A stretch of 64,000 nt of DNA from positions 22,568,001 to 22,632,000 of the forward strand of contig OZ059895.1 of NCBI GenBank assembly GCA_964057225.1, given 5' to 3'. The position numbers were made by a program, and so were the translations under genes. Below, one piece after another: positions 1 through 10,526 of this stretch. Below the pieces are notes generated by a model that saw only the letters and a list, made by a program, of their open reading frames with translations, was not told the DNA's origin and made no database searches. Position 1 is the first letter of the stretch. The number at the start of each line of letters is the position of its first letter. This DNA comes from Auanema rhodensis (taxonomy: Eukaryota; Animalia; Nematoda).

Positions 1-86
1 CATACACTAATGCATCATTTTTCAAACGATCATAACTAATTTTTGTATTGAGCGTTTCTCAATGAAGTATAGTGCATTCGATGCGG

Positions 87-137
87 ATTTTTAAGCTGCG
101 TCGATCTGTGTTATCAGATTTGCGCTAGCTTAAAAAT
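87..137. other. Major inverted repeat of the monomer (potential ~51-bp hairpin or cruciform), repeated in each monomer
   Basis: ATTTTTAAGCT (87-97) is the exact reverse complement of AGCTTAAAAAT (127-137). Inside it, GCG (98-100) pairs with CGC (123-125) and ATCTG (104-108) with CAGAT (115-119) around a 6-nt loop. Confidence 0.9.
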
Positions 138-145
138 GCACCGAG

Positions 146-176
146 ATATCAACTGATATAAGTTCACACTTATATC
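146..176. other. Overlapping inverted repeats in the monomer
   Basis: GATATAAGT (155-163) / ACTTATATC (168-176) form a perfect 9-bp stem with a 4-nt loop. ATATCA (146-151) / TGATAT (154-159) is an alternative overlapping dyad. Confidence 0.85.
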
Positions 177-287
177 CTCGATTTTCACCCTGAAGAATTA
201 ATTTTTTCGTTGAATAACAATGTCCATCGTCTTTGCCTTGAAAAAAAAAATCTGAAAACATCTACTTTTTGCTAAATTATTTTGAAA

Positions 288-299
288 TTTTTCGAAAAA
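288..299. other. Perfect 12-bp palindrome TTTTTCGAAAAA in an A/T-tract-rich segment
   Basis: Read directly. In most monomers it extends imperfectly to ATTTTGA...TCAAAAT. Confidence 0.85.
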
Positions 300-326
300 A
301 TTTTTGTTAAAATGTTTTTGGAAGCA

Positions 327-354
327 ATGTTGAGTGTACATGGAAACTCAACAT
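327..354. other. Inverted repeat spanning the arbitrary monomer junction
   Basis: ATGTTGAGT (327-335) / ACTCAACAT (346-354) form a perfect 9-bp stem with the 10-nt loop GTACATGGAA. Confidence 0.88.
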
Positions 355-3300
355 ACACTAATGCATCATTTTGCAAACGATCATAACTAATTTTTGTATT
401 GAGCGTTTCTCAATGTAGTATAGTGCATTCGATGCGGATTTTTAAGCTGCGTCGATCTGGGTTATCAGATTTGCGCTAGCTTAAAAATGCACCAAGATAT
501 CAACTGATATAAGTTCACACTTATATCCTCGATTTTCACCCTGAAGAATTAATTTTTTCGTTGAATAACATTGTCCATCGTCTTTGCCTTGAAAAAAAAA
601 TCTGAAAACATCTACTTTTTGCTAAATTATTTTGAAATTTTTCGAAAAAATTTTTGTCAAAATGTTTTTGGAAGCAATGTTGAGTGTACATGGAAACTCA
701 ACATACACTAATGCATCATTTTGCAAACGATCATAACTAATTTCTGTACTGAGCGTTTCTCAATGTAGTATAGTGCATTCGATGCGGATTTTTAAGCTGC
801 GTCGATCTGTGTTTTCAGATTTGCGCTAGCTTAAAAATGCACCGAGATATCAACTGATATAAGTTCACACTTACATCCTCGATTTTCACCCTGAAGAATT
901 AATTTTTCCGTTGAATAACATTGTCCATCGTCTTTGCCTTGAAAAAAAAAATCTGAAAACATCTACTTTTTGCTAAATTATTTTGAAATTTTTCGAAAAA
1001 ATTTTTGTCAAAATGTTTTTGGAAGCAATGTTGAGTGTACATGGAAACTCAACATACACTAATGCATCATTTTGCAAACGATCATAACTAATTTCTGTAT
1101 TGAGCGTTTCTCAATGTAGTATAGTGCATTCGATGCGGATTTTTAAGCTGCGTCGATCTGTGTTTTCAGATTTGCGCTAGCTTAAAAATGCACCGAGATA
1201 TCAACTGATATAAGTTCACACTTACATCCTCGATTTTCACCCTGAAGAATTAATTTTTCCGTTGAATAACATTGTCCATCGTCTTTGCCTTGAAAAAAAA
1301 AATCTGAAAACATCTACTTTTTGCTAAATTATTTTGAAATTTTTCGAAAAAATTTTTGTCAAAATGTTTTTGGAAGCAATGTTGAGTGTACATGGAAACT
1401 CAACATACACTAATGCATCATTTTGCAAACGATCATAACTAATTTCTGTATTGAGCGTTTCTCAATGTAGTATAGTGCATTCGATGCGGATTTTTAAGCT
1501 GCGTCGATCTGTGTTTTCAGATTTGCGCTAGCTTAAAAATGCACCGAGATATCAACTGATATAAGTTCACACTTACATCCTCGATTTTCACCCTGAAGAA
1601 TTAATTTTTCCGTTGAATAACATTGTCCATCGTCTTTGCCTTGGAAAAAAAAAATCTGAAAACATCTACTTTTTGCTAAATTATTTTGAAATTTTTCGAA
1701 AAAATTTTTGTTAAAATGTTTTTGGAAGCAATGTTGAGTGTACATGGAAACTCAACATACACTAATGCATCATTTTGCAAACGATCATAACTAATTTCTG
1801 TATTGAGCGTTTCCCAATGAAGTATAGTGCATTCGATGCGGATTTTTAAGCTGCGTCGATCTGTGTTATCAGATTTGCGCTAGCTTAAAAATGCACCGAG
1901 ATATCAACTGATATAAGTTCACACTTATATCCTCGATTTTCACCCTGAAGAATTAATTTTTTCGTTGAATAACAATGTCCATCGTCTTTGCCTTGAAAAA
2001 AAAAATCTGAAAACATCTACTTTTTGCTAAATTATTTTGAAATTTTTCGAAAAAATTTTTGTTAAAATGTTTTTGGAAGCAATGTTGAGTGTACATGGAA
2101 ACTCAACATACACTAATGCATCATTTTTCAAACGATCATAACTAATTTTTGTATTGAGCGTTTCTCAATGTAGTATAGTGCATTCGATGCGGATTTTTAA
2201 GCTGCGTCGATCTGGGTTATCAGATTTGCGCTAGCTTAAAAATGCACCAAGATATCAACTGATATAAGTTCACACTTATATCCTCGATTTTCACCCTGAA
2301 GAATTAATTTTTTCGTTGAATAACATTGTCCATCGTCTTTGCCTTGAAAAAAAAATCTGAAAACATCTACTTTTTGCTAAATTATTTTGAAATTTTTCGA
2401 AAAAATTTTTGTCAAAATGTTTTTGGAAGCAATGTTGAGTGTACATGGAAACTCAACATACACTAATGCATCATTTTGCAAACGATCATAACTAATTTCT
2501 GTATTGAGCGTTTCTCAATGTAGTATAGTGCATTCGATGCGGATTTTTAAGCTGCGTCGATCTGTGTTTTCAGATTTGCGCTAGCTTAAAAATGCACCGA
2601 GATATCAACTGATATAAGTTCACACTTACATCCTCGATTTTCACCCTGAAGAATTAATTTTTCCGTTGAATAACATTGTCCATCGTCTTTGCCTTGAAAA
2701 AAAAATCTGAAAACATCTACTTTTTGCTAAATTATTTTGAAATTTTTCGAAAAAATTTTTGTCAAAATGTTTTTGGAAGCAATGTTGAGTGTACATGGAA
2801 ACTCAACATACACTAATGCATCATTTTGCAAACGATCATAACTAATTTCTGTATTGAGCGTTTCTCAATGTAGTATAGTGCATTCGATGCGGATTTTTAA
2901 GCTGCGTCGATCTGTGTTTTCAGATTTGCGCTAGCTTAAAAATGCACCGAGATATCAACTGATATAAGTTCACACTTACATTATCGATTTTCACCCTGAA
3001 GAATTAATTTTTCCGTTGAATAACATTGTCCATCGTCTTTGCCTTGAAAAAAAAAATTTGAAAACATCTACTTTTTGCTAAATTATTTTGAAATTTTTCG
3101 AAAAAATTTTTGTCAAAATGTTTTTGGAAGCAATGTTGAGTGTACATGGAAACTCAACATACACTAATGCATCATTTTGCAAACGATCATAACTAATTTC
3201 TGTATTGAGCGTTTCTCAATGTAGTATAGTGCATTCGATGCGGATTTTTAAGCTGCGTCGATCTGTGTTTTCAGATTTGCGCTAGCTTAAAAATGCACCG

Positions 3301-6300
3301 AGATATCAACTGATATAAGTTCACACTTACATCCTCGATTTTCACCCTGAAGAATTAATTTTTCCGTTGAATAACATTGTCCATCGTCTTTGCCTTGAAA
3401 AAAAAAATCTGAAAACTTCTACTTTTTGCTAAATTATTTTGAAATTTTTCGAAAAAACTTTTGTTAAAATGTTTTTGGAAGCAATGTTGAGTGTACATGG
3501 AAACTCAACATACACTAATGCATCATTTTGCAAACGATCATAACTAATTTCTGTATTGAGCGTTTCTCAATGAAGTATAGTGCATTCGATGCGGATTTTT
3601 AAGCTGCGTCGATCTGTGTTATCAGATTTGCGCTAGCTTAAAAATGCACCGAGATATCAACTGATATAAGTTCACACTTATATCCTCGATTTTCACCCTG
3701 AAGAATTAATTTTTTCGTTGAATAACAATGTCCATCGTCTTTGCCTTGAAAAAAAAAATCTGAAAACATCTACTTTTTGCTAAATTATTTTGAAATTTTT
3801 CGAAAAAATTTTTGTTAAAATGTTTTTGGAAGCAATGTTGAGTGTACATGGAAACTCAACATACACTAATGCATCATTTTTCAAACGATCATAACTAATT
3901 TTTGTATTGAGCGTTTCTCAATGTAGTATAGTGCATTCGATGCGGATTTTTAAGCTGCGTCGATCTGGGTTATCAGATTTGCGCTAGCTTAAAAATGCAC
4001 CAAGATATCAACTGATATAAGTTCACACTTATATCCTCGATTTTCACCCTGAAGAATTAATTTTTTCGTTGAATAACATTGTCCATCGTCTTTGCCTTGA
4101 AAAAAAAAATCTGAAAACATCTACTTTTTGCTAAATTATTTTGAAATTTTTCGAAAAAATTTTTGTCAAAATGTTTTTGGAAGCAATGTTGAGTGTACAT
4201 GGAAACTCAACATACACTAATGCATCATTTTGCAAACGATCATAACTAATTTCTGTATTGAGCGTTTCTCAATGTAGTATAGTGCATTCGATGCGGATTT
4301 TTAAGCTGCGTCGATCTGTGTTTTCAGATTTGCGCTAGCTTAAAAATGCACCGAGATATCAACTGATATAAGTTCACACTTACATCCTCGATTTTCACCC
4401 TGAAGAATTAATTTTTCCGTTGAATAACATTGTCCATCGTCTTTGCCTTGAAAAAAAAAATCTGAAAACATCTACTTTTTGCTAAATTATTTTGAAATTT
4501 TTCGAAAAAATTTTTGTCAAAATGTTTTTGGAAGCAATGTTGAGTGTACATGGAAACTCAACATACACTAATGCATCATTTTTCAAACGATCATAACTAA
4601 TTTCTGTATTGAGCGTTTCTCAATGTAGTATAGTGCATTCGATGCGGATTTTTAAGCTGCGTCGATCTGTGTTATCAGATTTGCGCTAGCTTAAAAATGC
4701 ACCAAGATATCAACTGATATAAGTTCACACTTATATCCTCGATTTTCACCCTGAAGAATTAATTTTTTCGTTGAATAACAATGTCCATCGTCTTTGCCTT
4801 GAAAAAAGGAATCTAAAAACATATACTTTTTGCTAAATTATTTTGAAATTTTTCGAAAAAATTTTTGTCAAAATGTTTTTGGAAGCAATGTTGAGTGTAC
4901 ATGGAAACTCAACATACACTAATGCATCATTTTTCAAACGATCATAACTAATTTCTGTATTGAGCGTTTCTCAATGTAGTATAGTGCATTCGATGCGGAT
5001 TTTTAAGCTGCGTCGATCTGTGTTTTCAGATTTGCGCTAGCTTAAAAATGCACCGAGATATCAACTGATATAAGTTCACACTTACATCCTCGATTTTCAC
5101 CCTGAAGAATTAATTTTTCCGTTGAATAACATTGTCCATCGTCTTTGCCTTGAAAAAAAAAATCTGAAAACATCTACTTTTTGCTAAATTATTTTGAAAT
5201 TTTTCGAAAAAATTTTTGTCAAAATGTTTTTGGAAGCAATGTTGAGTGTACATGGAAACTCAACATACACTAATGCATCATTTTGCAAACGATCATAACT
5301 AATTTCTGTATTGAGCGTTTCTCAATGAAGTATAGTGCATTCGATGCGGATTTTTAAGCTGCGTCGATCTGTGTTTTCAGATTTGCGCTAGCTTAAAAAT
5401 GCACCGAGATATCAACTGATATAAGTTCACACTTACATCCTCGATTTTCACCCTGAAGAATTAATTTTTCCGTTGAATAACATTGTCCATCGTCTTTGCC
5501 TTGAAAAAAAAAATCTGAAAACATCTACTTTCTGCTAAATTATTTTGAAATTTTTCGAAAAAATTTTTGTCAAAATGTTTTTGGAAGCAATGTTGAGTGT
5601 ACATGGAAACTCAACATACACTAATGCATCATTTTTCAAACGATCATAACTAATTTCTGTATTGAGCGTTTCTCAATGTAGTATAGTGCATTCGATGCGG
5701 ATTTTTAAGCTGCGTCGATCTGTGTTATCAGATTTGCGCTAGCTTAAAAATGCACCAAGATATCAACTGATATAAGTTCACACTTATATCCTCGATTTTC
5801 ACCCTGAAGAATTAATTTTTTCGTTGAATAACAATGTCCATCGTCTTTGCCTTGAAAAAAGGAATCTAAAAACATATACTTTTTGCTAAATTATTTTGAA
5901 ATTTTTCGAAAAAATTTTTGTCAAAATGTTTTTGGAAGCAATGTTGAGTGTACATGGAAACTCAACATACACTAATGCATCATTTTTCAAACGATCATAA
6001 CTAATTTCTGTATTGAGCGTTTCTCAATGTAGTATAGTGCATTCGATGCGGATTTTTAAGCTGCGTCGATCTGTGTTTTCAGATTTGCGCTAGCTTAAAA
6101 ATGCACCGAGATATCAACTGATATAAGTTCACACTTATATCCTCGATTTTCACCCTGAAGAATTAATTTTTTCGTTGAATAACAATGTCCATCGTCTTTG
6201 CCTTGAAAAAAAAAATCTGAAAACATCTACTTTTTGCTAAATTATTTTGAAATTTTTCGAAAAAATTTTTGTCAAAATGTTTTTGGAAGCAATGTTGAGT

Positions 6301-6316
6301 GTACATGGAAACTCAA

Positions 6317-9300
6317 CATACACTAATGCATCATTTTTCAAACGATCATAACTAATTTTTGTATTGAGCGTTTCTCAATGTAGTATAGTGCATTCGATGC
6401 GGATTTTTAAGCTGCGTCGATCTGTGTTATCAGATTTGCGCTAGCTTAAAAATGCACCAAGATATCAACTGATATAAGTTCACACTTATATCCTCGATTT
6501 TCACCCTGAAGAATTAATTTTTTCGTTGAATAACAATGTCCATCGTCTTTGCCTTGAAAAAAAAATCTGAAAACATCTACTTTTTGCTAAATTATTTTGA
6601 AATTTTTCGAAAAAATTTTTGTCAAAATGTTTTTGGAAGCAATGTTGAGTGTACATGGAAACTCAACATACACTAATGCATCATTTTTCAAACGATCATA
6701 ACTAATTTTTGTATTGAGCGTTTCTCAATGTAGTATAGTGCATTCGATGCGGATTTTTAAGCTGCGTCGATCTGTGTTATCAGATTTGCGCTAGCTTAAA
6801 AATGCACCGAGATATCAACTGATATAAGTTCACACTTATATCCTCGATTTTCACCCTGAAGAATTAATTTTTTCGTTGAATAACATTGTCCATCGTCTTT
6901 GCCTTGAAAAAAAAAATCTGAAAACATCTACTTTTTGCTAAATTATTTTGAAATTTTTCGAAAAAATTTTTGTCAAAATGTTTTTGGAAGCAATGTTGAG
7001 TGTACATGGAAACTCAACATACACTAATGCATCATTTTGCAAACGATCATAACTAATTTCTGTATTGAGCGTTTCTCAATGTAGTATAGTGCATTCGATG
7101 CGGATTTTTAAGCTGCGTCGATCTGTGTTTTCAGATTTGCGCTAGCTTAAAAATGCACCGAGATATCAACTGATATATGTTCACACTTACATCCTCGATT
7201 TTCACCCTGAAGAATTAATTTTTCCGTTGAATAACATTGTCCATCGTCTTTGCCTTGAAAAAAAAAATCTGAAAACATCTACTTTTTGCTAAATTATTTT
7301 GAAATTTTTCGAAAAAATTTTTGTCAAAATGTTTTTGGAAGCAATGTTGAGTGTACATGGAAACTCAACATACACTAATGCATCATTTTGCAAACGATCA
7401 TAACTAATTTCTGTATTGAGCGTTTCTCAATGTAGTATAGTGCATTCGATGCGGATTTTTAAGCTGCGTCAATCTGTGTTTTCAGATTTGCGCTAGCTTA
7501 AAAATGCACCGAGATATCAACTGATATAAGTTCACACTTATATCCTCGATTTTCACCCTGAAGAATTAATTTTTTCGTTGAATAACAATGTCCATCGTCT
7601 TTGCCTTGAAAAAAAAAATCTGAAAACATCTACTTTCTGCTAAATTATTTTGAAATTTTTCGAAAAAATTTTTGTCAAAATGTTTTTGGAAGCAATGTTG
7701 AGTGTACATGGAAACTCAACATACACTAATGCATCATTTTTCAAACGATCATAACTAATTTTTGTATTGAGCGTTTCTCAATGTAGTATAGTGCATTCGA
7801 TGCGGATTTTTAAGCTGCGTCGATCTGTGTTATCAGATTTGCGCTAGCTTAAAAATGCACCAAGATATCAACTGATATAAGTTCACACTTATATCCTCGA
7901 TTTTCACCCTGAAGAATTAATTTTTTCGTTGAATAACAATGTCCATCGTCTTTGCCTTGAAAAAAAAATCTGAAAACATCTACTTTTTGCTAAATTATTT
8001 TGAAATTTTTCGAAAAAATTTTTGTCAAAATGTTTTTGGAAGCAATGTTGAGTGTACATGGAAACTCAACATACACTAATGCATCATTTTTCAAACGATC
8101 ATAACTAATTTCTGTATTGAGCGTTTCTCAATGTAGTATAGTGCATTCGATGCGGATTTTTAAGCTGCGTCGATCTGTGTTATCAGATTTGCGCTAGCTT
8201 AAAAATGCACCGAGATATCAACTGATATAAGTTCACACTTATATCCTCGATTTTCACCCTGAAGAATTAATTTTTTCGTTGAATAACATTGTCCATCGTC
8301 TTTGCCTTGAAAAAAAAAATCTGAAAACATCTACTTTTTGCTAAATTATTTTGAAATTTTTCGAAAAAATTTTTGTCAAAATGTTTTTGGAAGCAATGTT
8401 GAGTGTACATGGAAACTCAACATACACTAATGCATCATTTTGCAAACGATCATAACTAATTTCTGTATTGAGCGTTTCTCAATGTAGTATAGTGCATTCG
8501 ATGCGGATTTTTAAGCTGCGTCGATCTGTGTTTTCAGATTTGCGCTAGCTTAAAAATGCACCGAGATATCAACTGATATATGTTCACACTTACATCCTCG
8601 ATTTTCACCCTGAAGAATTAATTTTTCCGTTGAATAACATTGTCCATCGTCTTTGCCTTGAAAAAAAAAATCTGAAAACATCTACTTTTTGCTAAATTAT
8701 TTTGAAATTTTTCGAAAAAATTTTTGTCAAAATGTTTTTGGAAGCAATGTTGAGTGTACATGGAAACTCAACATACACTAATGCATCATTTTTCAAACGA
8801 TCATAACTAATTTCTGTATTGAGCGTTTCTCAATGTAGTATAGTGCATTCGATGCGGATTTTTAAGCTGCGTCGATCTGTGTTATCAGATTTGCGCTAGC
8901 TTAAAAATGCACCAAGATATCAACTGATATAAGTTCACACTTATATCCTCGATTTTCACCCTGAAGAATTAATTTTTTCGTTGAATAACAATGTCCATCG
9001 TCTTTGCCTTGAGAAAAGAAATCTAAAAACATATACTTTTTGCTAAATTATTTTGAAATTTTTCGAAAAAATTTTTGTCAAAATGTTTTTGGAAGCAATG
9101 TTGAGTGTACATGGAAACTCAACATACACTAATGCATCATTTTTCAAACGATCATAACTAATTTTTGTATTGAGCGTTTCTCAATGTAGTATAGTGCATT
9201 CGATGCGGATTTTTAAGCTGCGTCGATCTGTGTTATCAGATTTGCGCTAGCTTAAAAATGCACCAAGATATCAACTGATATAAGTTCACACTTATATCCT

Positions 9301-10526
9301 CGATTTTCACCCTGAAGAATTAATTTTTTCGTTGAATAACAATGTCCATCGTCTTTGCCTTGAAAAAAAAATCTGAAAACATCTACTTTTTGCTAAATTA
9401 TTTTGAAATTTTTCGAAAAAATTTTTGTCAAAATGTTTTTGGAAGCAATGTTGAGTGTACATGGAAACTCAACATACACTAATGCATCATTTTTCAAACG
9501 ATCATAACTAATTTTTGTATTGAGCGTTTCTCAATGTAGTATAGTGCATTCGATGCGGATTTTTAAGCTGCGTCGATCTGTGTTATCAGATTTGCGCTAG
9601 CTTAAAAATGCACCGAGATATCAACTGATATAAGTTCACACTTATATCCTCGATTTTCACCCTGAAGAATTAATTTTTTCGTTGAATAACATTGTCCATC
9701 GTCTTTGCCTTGAAAAAAAAAAATCTGAAAACATCTACTTTTTGCTAAATTATTTTGAAATTTTTCGAAAAAATTTTTGTCAAAATGTTTTTGGAAGCAA
9801 TGTTGAGTGTACATGGAAACTCAACATACACTAATGCATCATTTTGCAAACGATCATAACTAATTTCTGTATTGAGCGTTTCTCAATGTAGTATAGTGCA
9901 TTCGATGCGGATTTTTAAGCTGCGTCGATCTGTGTTTTCAGATTTGCGCTAGCTTAAAAATGCACCGAGATATCAACTGATATATGTTCACACTTACATC
10001 CTCGATTTTCACCCTGAAGAATTAATTTTTCCGTTGAATAACATTGTCCATCGTCTTTGCCTTGAAAAAAAAAATCTGAAAACATCTACTTTTTGCTAAA
10101 TTATTTTGAAATTTTTCGAAAAAATTTTTGTCAAAATGTTTTTGGAAGCAATGTTGAGTGTACATGGAAACTCAACATACACTAATGCATCATTTTGCAA
10201 ACGATCATAACTAATTTCTGTATTGAGCGTTTCTCAATGTAGTATAGTGCATTCGATGCGGATTTTTAAGCTGCGTCAATCTGTGTTTTCAGATTTGCGC
10301 TAGCTTAAAAATGCACCGAGATATCAACTGATATAAGTTCACACTTATATCCTCGATTTTCACCCTGAAGAATTAATTTTTTCGTTGAATAACAATGTCC
10401 ATCGTCTTTGCCTTGAAAAAAAAAATCTGAAAACATCTACTTTCTGCTAAATTATTTTGAAATTTTTCGAAAAAATTTTTGTCAAAATGTTTTTGGAAGC
10501 AATGTTGAGTGTACATGGAAACTCAA
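6317..10526. repeat. Local 4-monomer higher-order repeat (~1403 bp x3), with an 8-monomer-spaced marker
   Basis: The private variant GATATATGTT is at 7178, 8581 and 9985 (spacing 1403, 1404). GCGTCAATC is at 7471 and 10278 (2807 = 8 monomers). Confidence 0.85.

Larger units (their letters stand above)
1..351 (+). repeat. Representative satellite monomer (phase set arbitrarily by the window start)
   Basis: The unit runs from CATACACTAA to TGGAAACTCAA. It carries NsiI (ATGCAT 10-15), NheI (GCTAGC 124-129), EcoRV (GATATC 145-150), BstBI (TTCGAA 291-296) and BsrGI (TGTACA 335-340) sites, which would give a ~351-bp restriction ladder. Confidence 0.98.
1..4561. repeat. Local 5-monomer higher-order repeat (~1755 bp, about 2.6 copies visible)
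   Basis: The rare variant GATCTGGGTT sits at 460, 2215 and 3968 (spacing 1755, 1753). Each is preceded by a monomer with AATGAAG, ACAATG and TGTTAAA (starts 1, 1756, 3509). Confidence 0.85.

Noticed and set aside
104-128. Helitron-like 3' end (small hairpin followed by CTAG) or MITE origin
   Set aside because: The hairpin is short and AT-rich, CTAG is expected by chance, and there are no element termini or target-site duplications in the window. A transposon origin cannot be excluded without a database search.
205-221. CENP-B box-like TTTCGTTGAA
   Set aside because: Matches only the TTCG....A half. The essential CGGG is absent.
182-258. Hammerhead ribozyme-like motif: CTGAAGA (190-196) matches CUGANGA, followed by GAAA (240-243), and TTTTCA could pair with TGAAAA. 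Hammerheads are known in newt, schistosome and cave-cricket satellites.
   Set aside because: No stem II closes between CUGAAGA and GAAA, stem III cannot form from the A tract, and stem I is offset by two unpaired C. An Infernal search with Rfam hammerhead models would settle it, and I expect no hit.
1-351. Tandem RNA gene (5S rRNA, tRNA, snRNA, spliced leader) repeat
   Set aside because: No recognisable 5S, tRNA, U-snRNA or spliced-leader sequence or Pol III A/B boxes on either strand by inspection. An Rfam scan was not run.
1-351. Assignment to a named satellite (Drosophila 359-bp/1.688 family, or beetle ~340-360-bp satellites)
   Set aside because: Only the length and AT content are similar. 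I recognise no sequence match, so no family or species is called.
1533-1745. 70-aa minus-strand ORF (MYTQHCFQKH...)
   Set aside because: It exists only because a 1-bp insertion at the A tract shifts the frame in this monomer. It is rich in F, K and N codons from A/T tracts, has no recognisable domain, and is closed in almost all other copies.
9602-9814. 70-aa minus-strand ORF
   Set aside because: Same satellite frame opened by an A11 homopolymer, which may be slippage or a sequencing error.
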